A stretch of 64,000 nucleotides of DNA, taken from NCBI GenBank assembly GCA_015487785.1, contig WFPC01000050.1, positions 8,400 to 72,399 of the forward strand. Direction: 5' to 3'. Below are positions 29,992 through 38,677 of this stretch, in pieces (the first letter of the stretch is position 1; the number at the start of each line of letters is the position of its first letter). The stretch is from Gammaproteobacteria bacterium (GTDB lineage Bacteria; Pseudomonadota; Gammaproteobacteria; S012-40). Position numbers and translations under genes: made by a program. The notes below the pieces were generated by a model. The model did no database searches, had not been told where the DNA came from, and worked only from the letters and a program-made list of their open reading frames with translations.

Positions 29992-30384
29992 ATGAGAAAA
30001 ACCAAGGGTGTGATTTTGAAAAGATTTGTTGCCATTCTCTTTCTGTGTTCCTGGGGGGCGTCAAGTTTGGCCGACGGGTCGAACCCCCATTCGTCCATGG
30101 GTTTTCATGCGGCCAATCCACCGGGTAAGACACCGGCAATGGCGGAAGGGCCAGCGGCCACGGCGGTGGTCGAAGAGGTGCTGGAGGGTGGCGGTTACAG
30201 CTACCTGAAGTTGCGTTCGTCCGAAGGCGATGTCTTCTGGTTGGCCGGCATCCAGCCCGGGATCAGGACGGGAGACACCGTGCGCTATGTGGAGAACGTG
30301 GTGATGGAGAACTTCACCAGCCGCAGTCTCAACCGCCGCTTCGATCGCATCGTGTTCGCGTCCTCGGTGCAGGTGGTACCCTGA
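29992..30384 (+). CDS. small secreted hypothetical protein
   Basis: Internal ATG at 29992 followed by signal peptide MRKTKGVILKRFVAILFLCSWGASSLA. No recognised family. Confidence 0.5.
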   Translation: MRKTKGVILKRFVAILFLCSWGASSLADGSNPHSSMGFHAANPPGKTPAMAEGPAATAVVEEVLEGGGYSYLKLRSSEGDVFWLAGIQPGIRTGDTVRYVENVVMENFTSRSLNRRFDRIVFASSVQVVP

Positions 30385-30385
30385 A

Positions 30386-30751
30386 TCAGGGGTGTTCCTG
30401 GGCTGGTGAGGCCAGCGCCTGCTGAATGGCCTGTTCCAGGCGGGAGAGCCGTGCCTCGGCCTGGATTTCCGCATGGAAACGCCCCTCGACATAGAGGAAA
30501 ATGGCCGGCAGGTGAAAAATGTCCAGCTCATGGGCAAGGGCGGCCTCGGTGGCGCTGTCCACCCGGAACAGGCCGATGGCGGGATGCAAACCCTGATAGC
30601 TCATCAGCAGACTCACCCAACGCCGGCAGGCGCCGCAGCCGGGCTTGGTGAACAAGACCAGTGACAAGCCCTCGTTTTCGGCCAGCATGTGGTGATACTC
30701 GAACTGGTCGAGTTCGATGAAGCCCGGTTTTCTCTGTCTGGGCAGTGCCAT
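30386..30751 (-). CDS. thioredoxin-like protein with an atypical CGAC motif
   Basis: Thioredoxin fold context FTKPGCGACRRW. Confidence 0.75.
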   Translation of the reverse strand: MALPRQRKPGFIELDQFEYHHMLAENEGLSLVLFTKPGCGACRRWVSLLMSYQGLHPAIGLFRVDSATEAALAHELDIFHLPAIFLYVEGRFHAEIQAEARLSRLEQAIQQALASPAQEHP

Positions 30752-30883
30752 GAATCCACAAGGGGTCGGGAATCCGCTGACGCACAGTGTACGCGTTCGG
30801 GTGTCCGATGTCTTGCAAAAGGGTTCCGCGGCTGGTAGTTATAGACCAGCAATGATTTTCATTCAGGAGTTGAAGCATAGCGT

Positions 30884-31813
30884 ATGAAATTGCTTGCAAG
30901 TTTTATCGTAGTGGGTTTGATCGGCCTGGGCATGGGTGATGCCGAGGCCAAGCGCTTTGGCATGGGCAAGTCCTTTGGCAGCAAGAAAATGTTCAGCATG
31001 CCGCACAAGCGGGTGGACAAACCGGCCAAGGCTCAGTCGGCGCCCAAGCAGTCGGCCCCGGCAGCAGGTGCCGCGGGCAAGGCCGGTGCTGGCGCCAGGA
31101 GTGGCATGGGTGCTGGCCTGATGGGCGGGCTTGCCGGTCTGGCCATGGGCGGTTTGCTGGGAGCCCTGCTGTTTGGCGGCGCTTTCGAGAACATCAATTT
31201 TCTCGATATCCTGATCCTCGGTCTGTTGGCTTTTTTGCTGTACAAGGTTTTCAGTGGGCGACGCACCACCAGGCCCGAACCGGCGGCGCCCGCAGGGTAT
31301 GGCAGTGCCGAGCTGGGGCCGGACGATAGCGGGGGGCAGGGCACACCGGGGCAGGCAGTCCAGCGCCGGCGTTTTGACACCGATCTCCTGTTTGGCAACA
31401 AGGCCAGGGCCAGCGACTCCGGGATTACGGCCGGTCTCGAAATTCCGGCGGATTTCGATGCCGAACACTTTCTAGAAGGCGCCAAAACACTTTTTGCGCG
31501 CATGCAAAAAGCGTGGGACGAGGGTGATCTGGGCGATATTCGCCAGTTTACCACCGACAAGGTATTTGCCGAGGTGCAGGAACAGCTCTGGAACCGAAGC
31601 GGTGACAGCCGGACGCTGATTCATCGTCTCGATGCTCACTTGCACCAGGTGCGTGAACTGGATGACGAGCTGGAAGCCAGCGTGGTGTTCGAGGCCGAGC
31701 TGGAAGAAAACGGCCAGCCTGTGAAGGTGAGCGAGCTATGGCATTTCACCAAGCCCAGGCACAGCGCACAACCCACCTGGTATCTCGATGGCATACAGCA
31801 GATAGAGGATTGA
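30884..31813 (+). CDS. Tim44-like domain membrane protein
   Basis: N-terminal signal/TM, Gly/Ala-rich linker, second TM, and a C-terminal Tim44-like domain (FLEGAKTLFARMQKAWDEGDL...). Confidence 0.75.
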   Translation: MKLLASFIVVGLIGLGMGDAEAKRFGMGKSFGSKKMFSMPHKRVDKPAKAQSAPKQSAPAAGAAGKAGAGARSGMGAGLMGGLAGLAMGGLLGALLFGGAFENINFLDILILGLLAFLLYKVFSGRRTTRPEPAAPAGYGSAELGPDDSGGQGTPGQAVQRRRFDTDLLFGNKARASDSGITAGLEIPADFDAEHFLEGAKTLFARMQKAWDEGDLGDIRQFTTDKVFAEVQEQLWNRSGDSRTLIHRLDAHLHQVRELDDELEASVVFEAELEENGQPVKVSELWHFTKPRHSAQPTWYLDGIQQIED

Positions 31814-31835
31814 CGCTTGCCCGTGGAAGGTTCGG

Positions 31836-31865
31836 AAGCCGGCCGATTGGCCGGCTTTTTTGTTG
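31836..31865 (+). terminator. intrinsic terminator
   Basis: AGCCGGCC-gatt-GGCCGGCT followed by TTTTTTGTT. Confidence 0.7.
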
Positions 31866-32007
31866 CACCCTCTGTGGCCATGAAATGCCCTGATTTTTTC
31901 CACGTTGAGAGTTGCCACGAGGCTAACTATCATTTAACCCGCAACAAATGAGGCGCGTGGAGTTTAAGCGCGCCAAGTGCTTGCCACAGACCGATGTCTG
32001 AGTATCC

Positions 32008-32373
32008 ATGCGTATAAGCGACATATCAAACCGGTTATCCCCCCAGCCCCTCCAGAGCACCGAGGTGCAGCGGCAGGAGAAGGGGCGCTATGCGCGCCTG
32101 ATGGAACAGGATGAACAGCGGACCCGCGCACAATCCCCACAAGCACGCGAAGAAGCCCTCGACGTCCGTGAACGCCCAAACCCGGGAGGGCTCAGTCTCT
32201 ATTACAGTCACGATATTGCCCGCCGGGCACAGCAGCAGTATCAGCAGGACAGGGAGCGGCTCAGCCGCATCCCTCCCCACTATACCAAGGCCGTGCAGAG
32301 CTACCAGCAACTGGCGTTGCAAGAACGGCGTGAACAGGTCAGCCGCCTGATGGGGCTGGATGTCTACGCCTGA
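32008..32373 (+). CDS. hypothetical small basic Gln/Arg-rich protein
   Basis: 121-aa ORF with a charged, low-complexity composition. Coding status is uncertain. Confidence 0.4.
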   Translation: MRISDISNRLSPQPLQSTEVQRQEKGRYARLMEQDEQRTRAQSPQAREEALDVRERPNPGGLSLYYSHDIARRAQQQYQQDRERLSRIPPHYTKAVQSYQQLALQERREQVSRLMGLDVYA

Positions 32374-32574
32374 AACAACCTGTCCGCTGGTCTCTGGGTT
32401 CGCATCGCCCACCATTCAGCTTCGCTTCAGCCAGGCCTTCTACCTTGTGTGACAGGGTCTTTCTCCGGGCATTGCGCCGGGTCACGAGATGGTACACATA
32501 GCCACAGGCCCGGTTGACTTGCGTCACGACAGACTTTGTTACAATGAACCGTTGGGATCACGGCGGACAAGGTG

Positions 32575-34068
32575 ATGAACAAGGTGCGCAAGTTTTTTGG
32601 GCGGCTGGTGTCGTCGGTGCATCCGGCGTCGTTTCTGCGCCTGGTGATCGTGGGCTTTGGTCTGGTGGCCCTGCCGTTGGTGATAGCGCTGGTGACTGGT
32701 GTCTATTACATCAACAAATTGACGCACCAGAGCCAGGAGGCGGTGTCGCGGGCCGTGCAGGCCACCCAGGGCAGCCGGCAGTTGCTGGAGATCACCGTGG
32801 GCATGGAGCGCGACCTGCGTCAATATCTGGTGTTGGCGGAAGACGAACTCTATCAACGTTACCTGGGACGTCACAGGGCTTTTTCCCAGGTGGCCGGGGA
32901 ACTGGCCGGGGTATTGGTGGACCCGCAACAGCGGGCGCAACTGGATTCGCTGGTCAAGATGGAGCAATCCTTGTTCGAGCGTTTGCAGTCGCACTTGAAC
33001 AGCAACCAGCTGGGTCGGGTGGAGCCCATGGAATATGCCGCGCTCACCAGCCTGGCACGAGCGATTTTGCGTGACAACAATCAGTTGATCGACAGTGAAG
33101 TCTCGATCATGCACGAGATTTCCGCAAAGGTGAAGAACGTGGTCTTTTGGGAGTTGCTCCTGGTATTGCCGGCGGTGGCCCTGATCATCGTGATTTTTGC
33201 GTTCCTGCTGGCGCGTCCGGTGCGTCAGCTCGACCAGGGCATACGACGGTTGGGCAATGGCGAATTCGATGTGGAAATCGAGGTTGCCGGGCCCAGGGAC
33301 ATGCAATACCTCGGCGATCGCCTGAACTGGTTGCGCAGGCGTTTGAAATACCTCGAGGAAAAAAAGAGCAAGTTTCTGCACCATGTCTCGCACGAGCTGA
33401 AGACGCCCTTGTCGGCCATACGTGAGAGCGCGGAACTCCTGGTCGATCGAGTGGCCGGACCGCTCACCGCACAACAGGAGGAGATCTGTGATATCTTGAG
33501 AAAGAACAGCATCACCTTGCAGCAAATGATAGAAAAACTGCTCAGTTTCAACCTTCCAGACAATGCGCCGGAAGAGGGCGGTCAGCAGCTTGTACCCCTG
33601 CATCATGTGCTGGATACGGTGATTGCCGATCACAAGCCGGTGTTGCTGAGCAAGAATATTCAGCTTGAGTTGGACTGCGACGAGGTTTTCTATCAGGGTA
33701 ATGAACAGCAATTACAGGTCGTGTTCGACAACCTGATCTCCAACGCGGTGAAATTCGTGCCGGAAAACGGCGCCATCCACGTCCGTTTCAAACAGCGTGA
33801 TGGCGAGGTGGTGATCGATGTGGAAGACTCCGGCGAAGGGGTGGCCGAGACCGACCGCGACAACATCTTCAATGAATTCTACAAGGGCAAGGCCTCGGGC
33901 AGTGGTCGTATCCAGGGTAGCGGCCTGGGCTTGGCCATTGTGGCTGAATTCGTCGAGGCCCATGGGGGGCAGATCGAATTGACCGAGCCGGAGCACTTGT
34001 CGGGCGCACATTTTCGCATCACCTTGCCCCGGGCTTCCGACGAGAGAAAAATCCAGTGGGCGGTATGA
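32575..34068 (+). CDS. sensor histidine kinase, GlrK/QseE-like
   Basis: Two TM helices flanking a periplasmic domain of about 150 aa, HAMP, HisKA (HELKTPL), HATPase (GSGLGLAIV). Gene context (lipoprotein then sigma54 regulator) matches glrK-yfhG-glrR. Confidence 0.85.
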   Translation: MNKVRKFFGRLVSSVHPASFLRLVIVGFGLVALPLVIALVTGVYYINKLTHQSQEAVSRAVQATQGSRQLLEITVGMERDLRQYLVLAEDELYQRYLGRHRAFSQVAGELAGVLVDPQQRAQLDSLVKMEQSLFERLQSHLNSNQLGRVEPMEYAALTSLARAILRDNNQLIDSEVSIMHEISAKVKNVVFWELLLVLPAVALIIVIFAFLLARPVRQLDQGIRRLGNGEFDVEIEVAGPRDMQYLGDRLNWLRRRLKYLEEKKSKFLHHVSHELKTPLSAIRESAELLVDRVAGPLTAQQEEICDILRKNSITLQQMIEKLLSFNLPDNAPEEGGQQLVPLHHVLDTVIADHKPVLLSKNIQLELDCDEVFYQGNEQQLQVVFDNLISNAVKFVPENGAIHVRFKQRDGEVVIDVEDSGEGVAETDRDNIFNEFYKGKASGSGRIQGSGLGLAIVAEFVEAHGGQIELTEPEHLSGAHFRITLPRASDERKIQWAV

Positions 34069-34589
34069 GGGTGCTCCTGTCAATGCTGTTGGTGTTGATG
34101 ATCACGGCCTGTGCCAGCGTAAAGGAAAGACATCTGCCCGGTGACTTCCTCATCCAGGGGGAGCGGTCTGCCACCGTATCCATGGATGGCTTGCTGGCGG
34201 ATTGTGCCCGTTTCGCCAAAGGCGATGAAAAAACACGCAATACCATGCTGGACGAGGCCAGGCGGGCCCATGAGCTCAATCCTGCTGATGGTGACAAGGC
34301 CTTGCGCCATGCCGTGTTATTGAGTCTTGTGCAACCCCGGAAGGCGCTCGGGGTGCTACAGAAACTGCCGCAAGAGCGGCTTGACGAGGCCCAGGCCGGA
34401 TTGCGGATCTTGCTGCTGCGGCAATTACAGCAGAGACAGGGTCTGTATACTGACAACCAGACACTGAAGCGCGAACTGCTGGCCCGAGAGAAAACCATTG
34501 CGAAGCTGAGGGGGCAGATCGAGGCCCTGAAGCTGATCGACAGAACCCTATTTGAACAAGAAGACAGCCTCATGCTGGATGGCAGGTGA
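34065..34589 (+). CDS. lipoprotein, QseG/YfhG-like by position
   Basis: ATGA overlap with the kinase stop. Lipobox LVLMITAC followed by a coiled-coil region. The assignment is positional analogy only. Confidence 0.55.
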   Translation: MRVLLSMLLVLMITACASVKERHLPGDFLIQGERSATVSMDGLLADCARFAKGDEKTRNTMLDEARRAHELNPADGDKALRHAVLLSLVQPRKALGVLQKLPQERLDEAQAGLRILLLRQLQQRQGLYTDNQTLKRELLAREKTIAKLRGQIEALKLIDRTLFEQEDSLMLDGR

Positions 34590-34594
34590 GACCG

Positions 34595-35950
34595 ATGAAA
34601 AAACAGACCATACTGATCGTCGATGACGACCATGACCTGCTCAAGTTGCTGAGCCTGCGCCTGCAGGCCTCCAATTACGATGTGATCGCGGTGGATAGTG
34701 GAGAGAAGGCCATGGTCGAACTCAGCCTGCGCAAGCCGCAATTGGTGATCACCGATCTTTGCATGGATGGCATGGATGGCATGGCCCTGTTCAATGCCAT
34801 TCATAAAACGAATTCCACCCTGCCGGTCATCATACTCACTGCTCACGGTACCATCCCCGAGGCCATCGAGGCCACGCGTCAGGGTGTGTTCGGTTTCATC
34901 ACCAAGCCCTTCGATGCCCAGCATTTACTCTCGCAAGTGGAAAAAGCCCTGCAGATCAGTCCCCTCGAGGCAGAGGACGAACAGAGTGGCGAGGAAGCGA
35001 GCTGGCGTGAGGGCATCATAACGCGCAGCCCGCTGATGGAAGACGTACTGAGCCAGGCCTACTTGGTGGCCAACAGCGAGGCCACGATTTTCATTCACGG
35101 GCAGAGTGGCACCGGCAAGGAAGTCCTGGCGCAGGCCATTCATCGTGCCAGCCCCCGGCGCGACAAGCCGTTCATCGGGGTCAACTGTGCCGCCATCCCG
35201 GAACACTTGCTGGAGTCCGAACTGTTCGGTCATGTGCGTGGTGCCTTCAGTGGCGCCACGCGAAGTTACGAGGGGCTGTTTCAGGCGGCCGATGGCGGCA
35301 CCCTGTTTCTCGACGAGATTGGCGACATGCCACTGGCCTTGCAGGTGAAACTTTTGCGGGTCTTGCAGGAGCGCCAGGTCAGGCCCGTGGGATCAACCAA
35401 GACCGTGCCTGTGGATGTGCGGATTATCTCCGCCACCCATTGTGATATCGAGAAGGAAGTTTCCCTTGGAAATTTCCGCGAGGATCTGTTCTATCGCCTC
35501 AACGTGGTCGGATTGGAACTGCCCACGCTGGATGAGCGGCGACAGGACATCCCCTTATTGGCGAATTATTTCCTGAAACTATTAATGAAAGAAAATCCGG
35601 GGAAAACCAAGGTATTCTCACCGGAGGCGATGGAGCTGCTGATCACTGCTTCCTGGCCGGGTAATATTCGCCAGCTACGAAACGTGGTGGAGCAGAGCGT
35701 CACCCTGTGCACCACACCGGTGATTCCCGCGCGCCTGGTGTTGAAGGCCTTGCGGGGAAAATCGGGCGAGATAGCGCCGCTCACCGAAGCCAAGCGGCGG
35801 TTCGAGCGCGATTACCTGCTCAACCTGTTGCAATTGACCAATGGCAATGTCACCCAGGCGGCGCGCCTGGCCAACCGCAATCGCACAGAGTTCTACAAGT
35901 TGTTGCATCGGCACCAATTGAATCCCAGCCATTTCAAGGTAGCGCACTAG
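34595..35950 (+). CDS. sigma54-dependent response regulator, NtrC-family GlrR/QseF-like
   Basis: REC (ILIVDDDHDLL...D), AAA+ sigma54-interaction domain (GQSGTGKE, GAFSGA, ESELFGH), C-terminal Fis-type HTH. Confidence 0.88.
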   Translation: MKKQTILIVDDDHDLLKLLSLRLQASNYDVIAVDSGEKAMVELSLRKPQLVITDLCMDGMDGMALFNAIHKTNSTLPVIILTAHGTIPEAIEATRQGVFGFITKPFDAQHLLSQVEKALQISPLEAEDEQSGEEASWREGIITRSPLMEDVLSQAYLVANSEATIFIHGQSGTGKEVLAQAIHRASPRRDKPFIGVNCAAIPEHLLESELFGHVRGAFSGATRSYEGLFQAADGGTLFLDEIGDMPLALQVKLLRVLQERQVRPVGSTKTVPVDVRIISATHCDIEKEVSLGNFREDLFYRLNVVGLELPTLDERRQDIPLLANYFLKLLMKENPGKTKVFSPEAMELLITASWPGNIRQLRNVVEQSVTLCTTPVIPARLVLKALRGKSGEIAPLTEAKRRFERDYLLNLLQLTNGNVTQAARLANRNRTEFYKLLHRHQLNPSHFKVAH

Positions 35951-36212
35951 CTTGAGTCTTTCACCAGTCGGGCCGAGCGTTCAGTACACCTGTTCGATGT
36001 CATGAGTCGTCGTGTTGGAATAACGGATTTTCAGCGAGAGTGACTTGTACTGGTTCGTGGCTATCCAGCTTCCGTGGGTTTGCGCCCGCGATAACTGGCT
36101 TTTACTCCAGCCCCGGTTTGGTTTTCGCGCAAACCGACACCTGCAGGGCTACGGATTTCACCGCCTCTAGGGGGCGGGTGAGCGACCCAGGCTAGGAGGC
36201 GCACAGGACCAA

Positions 36213-36238
36213 GTGTTGCCGACTGGCAACACTTTTTT
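36213..36238 (+). terminator. strong intrinsic terminator in an ORF-free region
   Basis: GTGTTGCC-gact-GGCAACAC followed by TTTTTT, about 290 nt downstream of the regulator stop and preceded by a GC-rich structured stretch. Confidence 0.7.
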
Positions 36239-36411
36239 CATGAAATCTCGTCACAGATTCGCCATACAGGTTGATTCCCGCGGTGCGTTGGAGTTGGCGC
36301 GTGTATTGCTGTATTGGGCTGCTGGCGGGCTAAAGTAATTTTTTCAAGTACCGATCTAGCCCATGCCGGTCAGTTTTGAACGGTTGTATGCTTAATCGGA
36401 TGGTCGAAGCA

Positions 36412-36489
36412 ATGAAGTCAGTCGTTGGATTCCTTATTTTTGGTGTTGCCTTGTTCTATGCCGCAACCTATGCCTCGCTGTTGGGTTGA
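36412..36489 (+). CDS. candidate 25-aa hydrophobic micropeptide (MKSVVGFLIFGVALFYAATYASLLG)
   Basis: Hand-translated short ORF with a single predicted TM helix. Below the ORF-track cutoff. Weak RBS. Confidence 0.2.
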   Translation: MKSVVGFLIFGVALFYAATYASLLG

Positions 36490-36702
36490 GCCCGGTGAGG
36501 TGTTTGCCTGCGATACTGCCGCAGTATGCCGGCGTAGTCATGCGCTGATCTGACATGTCTTCCAGCCGCAGTGTATCTGCTGCGGATGCCCCCTGTTTTT
36601 TCATTCCTTGCCAGATGGCTTGCTCATTGGCAAGATGAATGCGTTCTGGACGACCAGGCGTTTGGCGAATGGCTTTTTCAAGCCTTTACAGGGGACAGGA
36701 AA

Positions 36703-37086
36703 ATGGACGAAACCCGTGGAAAAGATCTGATCCTGGTGGTCGACGACGATGAGGATGTTCTCGAGCTGTTCGAACTCAACCTGTCTCTGTTGGGCTTTGG
36801 GGTTTGCCTGGCCAGAGACCCGGAGGAAGCCCTGGTACACTATCGTCAAGCAGGACGGGATATCGTGGCAGTGATCGTCGATTTGCATTTTCCCGGTGGC
36901 CATGGGAGTGAGTTGTTACGGGCGCTCAGGGCCCTGGACCCCCATGCCAGGGTGATCGTCTGCAGTGGTGACAGCGCGGCGCCGGAGATGGTTCGGCCAC
37001 AGCATTTCGGTTTCGATGGGGCACTGGAAAAACATTTCAACCGGGAACGGATGGCGGTTTTGTTGCAGGGTATCACGCAGGATTGA
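36703..37086 (+). CDS. stand-alone CheY-like receiver domain protein
   Basis: DLILVVDDDEDVLELFELNL...D (phospho-acceptor context) and a single REC domain with no output domain. ATG at 36703 after caggggacagga. Confidence 0.75.
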   Translation: MDETRGKDLILVVDDDEDVLELFELNLSLLGFGVCLARDPEEALVHYRQAGRDIVAVIVDLHFPGGHGSELLRALRALDPHARVIVCSGDSAAPEMVRPQHFGFDGALEKHFNRERMAVLLQGITQD

Positions 37087-38134
37087 CGAGCGGTTTTCGC
37101 AGGGCCTGGTTCACCTGCCGGAGCAAGGTGTGGATTTGACTGTTCAGGGCATGGTTGGAACATGCCACGGGTAGCGAGCGCAACAGGATGCGGTAAACCC
37201 GGGTGCGGCTGATCTTGGCCGGCTCGCCGGCTGGCCACTGGGGTTGTAGCAGTAATTGTTCCAGAGTGGCCAGGCCGATCAAGAGTGGCCAGCTGCTGGC
37301 CAGACGCAGGCGGGCATGCTGTCGCGGCAGCACGCTGACATAGGACCGGGCCTGTTCCAGGCCCTGCAGGGTTTTTTCAACGTAATGAATTAGCAAGGCA
37401 CGGCGTTGCTCCGGGGGGGCGCTGGGCAGTGTCGTGGGCGAGAGTCCGAAAGCCGTCAGGGTTTGGCGTGGCAGGTAACAGCGGCCCAAGCCCAGATCCC
37501 GGCCGAGGTCGCGCAGGATGTTGATCAATTGCAGTGCCTGGCCATAATGGATGCCGTACTGGCACAAACTTTCCAGCCCTTCTATACCCGATAGGTGCGC
37601 GGCGGCAGTCTCGCTCCAGAATTCTCCTACACAACCTGCCACCAGATAGGTGTATTCGTCCAGCGCCGTTTCGTCGGCCAGGGCGACCACGGTTTTTCCC
37701 GCAGTCTGCGGAAACTTCAGCAGATCCTGTTCCATGCCTTGTGTGAGGGTGGACAGGAGTTTGCGGATGCGTGACCGGTCTTCCCGGGATTGCTGCCGGA
37801 ACAAGGCAAACACCCGGGGCAGATGGTGCAACAAACGAGCTTCGGCGTCATTGCCTCGGATCTTGAGCGGACCGGTTTGTGGCGGGGTGTCGTCCTGGAG
37901 ATGCCGGCGCAGTTGCCGGAGTTGTTCCAGGCGTTGTTCGGGAGGCAGCAAGTCCGTATCGGCGAGGGTGTCTGCCGCACGAGCGAGCAGGTAGGCGCTT
38001 CCCATGGGCTGGCGCAAGGGCGCGGGCAGGATACGCAGGGAAAGATAGAAACTGCGGGAAACGTCGCGCAGCAGGGGACCGAGCAATTGGCTTTCGTCGG
38101 TGATACGGGCGTGGGAGCGATGTGATGCGGACAT
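37073..38134 (-). CDS. squalene/phytoene synthase family protein, HpnC/HpnD-like
   Basis: VSRSFYLSLRILP..., Asp-rich motif 1 (ARAADTLAD), motif 2 (ILRDLGRD). Convergently overlaps the REC gene by 14 nt. Confidence 0.8.
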   Translation of the reverse strand: MSASHRSHARITDESQLLGPLLRDVSRSFYLSLRILPAPLRQPMGSAYLLARAADTLADTDLLPPEQRLEQLRQLRRHLQDDTPPQTGPLKIRGNDAEARLLHHLPRVFALFRQQSREDRSRIRKLLSTLTQGMEQDLLKFPQTAGKTVVALADETALDEYTYLVAGCVGEFWSETAAAHLSGIEGLESLCQYGIHYGQALQLINILRDLGRDLGLGRCYLPRQTLTAFGLSPTTLPSAPPEQRRALLIHYVEKTLQGLEQARSYVSVLPRQHARLRLASSWPLLIGLATLEQLLLQPQWPAGEPAKISRTRVYRILLRSLPVACSNHALNSQIHTLLRQVNQALRKPLVNPA

Positions 38135-38229
38135 GACAGTAAGAAAAGCCCTACCTTAGCCCATGCATCACTTGGCATCAATAGTGGAAGAAGACCGCCC
38201 GGCCCTGCGGCCGGACGGAAACGGGAGGA

Positions 38230-38550
38230 TCAGTAACCGGAGGCGCTGCCTTGGGGTTGCTCGTCGCTCCAGGCTTGCAGGGCCGTCTTGCCGCTGCGGA
38301 TAGCCTTACCCTTGCGACTGTTGAGGGAAACCATTTCCAGTGACTCGCATTTGGGACATTTCACGGTGTTGAATTTGGCGATGTGATAGATGGTCCAGGC
38401 GAGAGGGATCAGCAGCAAGGGCACCAGACCGCTGAAGGCCGTCAGACTGAGGCTGATCATCCAGATGAAGGCATCCACCACGAAGCTGGATTTGGCCTGG
38501 GGGATGGGTTTGCCGACATAACCGCAGTGAGAGCATATCTTGGTTTTCAT
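38230..38550 (-). CDS. split zinc-ribbon membrane protein (CxxC, hydrophobic hairpin, CPxC; LITAF-like architecture)
   Basis: MKTKICSHCGYVGKP, then a hydrophobic stretch of about 35 aa, then KFNTVKCPKCESLEM. An AT-rich promoter island lies immediately upstream. Confidence 0.6.
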   Translation of the reverse strand: MKTKICSHCGYVGKPIPQAKSSFVVDAFIWMISLSLTAFSGLVPLLLIPLAWTIYHIAKFNTVKCPKCESLEMVSLNSRKGKAIRSGKTALQAWSDEQPQGSASGY

Positions 38551-38562
38551 CACACACCTCAT

Positions 38563-38640
38563 CAGAAAATTAAAAAGAAAAAATATTATAAAATACTAAT
38601 CAACAAAAGACAACATGATTACAAGGGGTATTCCCGACGG
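38563..38640. other. AT-rich island of about 20% GC in a 63% GC background, between the PKD lipoprotein gene end and the zinc-ribbon gene start
   Basis: tcatcagaaaattaaaaagaaaaaatattataaaatactaatcaacaaaagacaac. A likely promoter or UP-element, possibly a nucleoid-protein target. Confidence 0.5.
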
Positions 38641-38677
38641 AGATACTGGGATTATGCCGATCCTGGAGCGGGTCTGT

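Noticed and set aside
35951-36210. sigma54 promoter for the putative sRNA
   Set aside because: The best GG-N10-GC candidate (tgggtttgcgcccgc) deviates strongly from TGGCAC-N5-TTGC, so no promoter is claimed.
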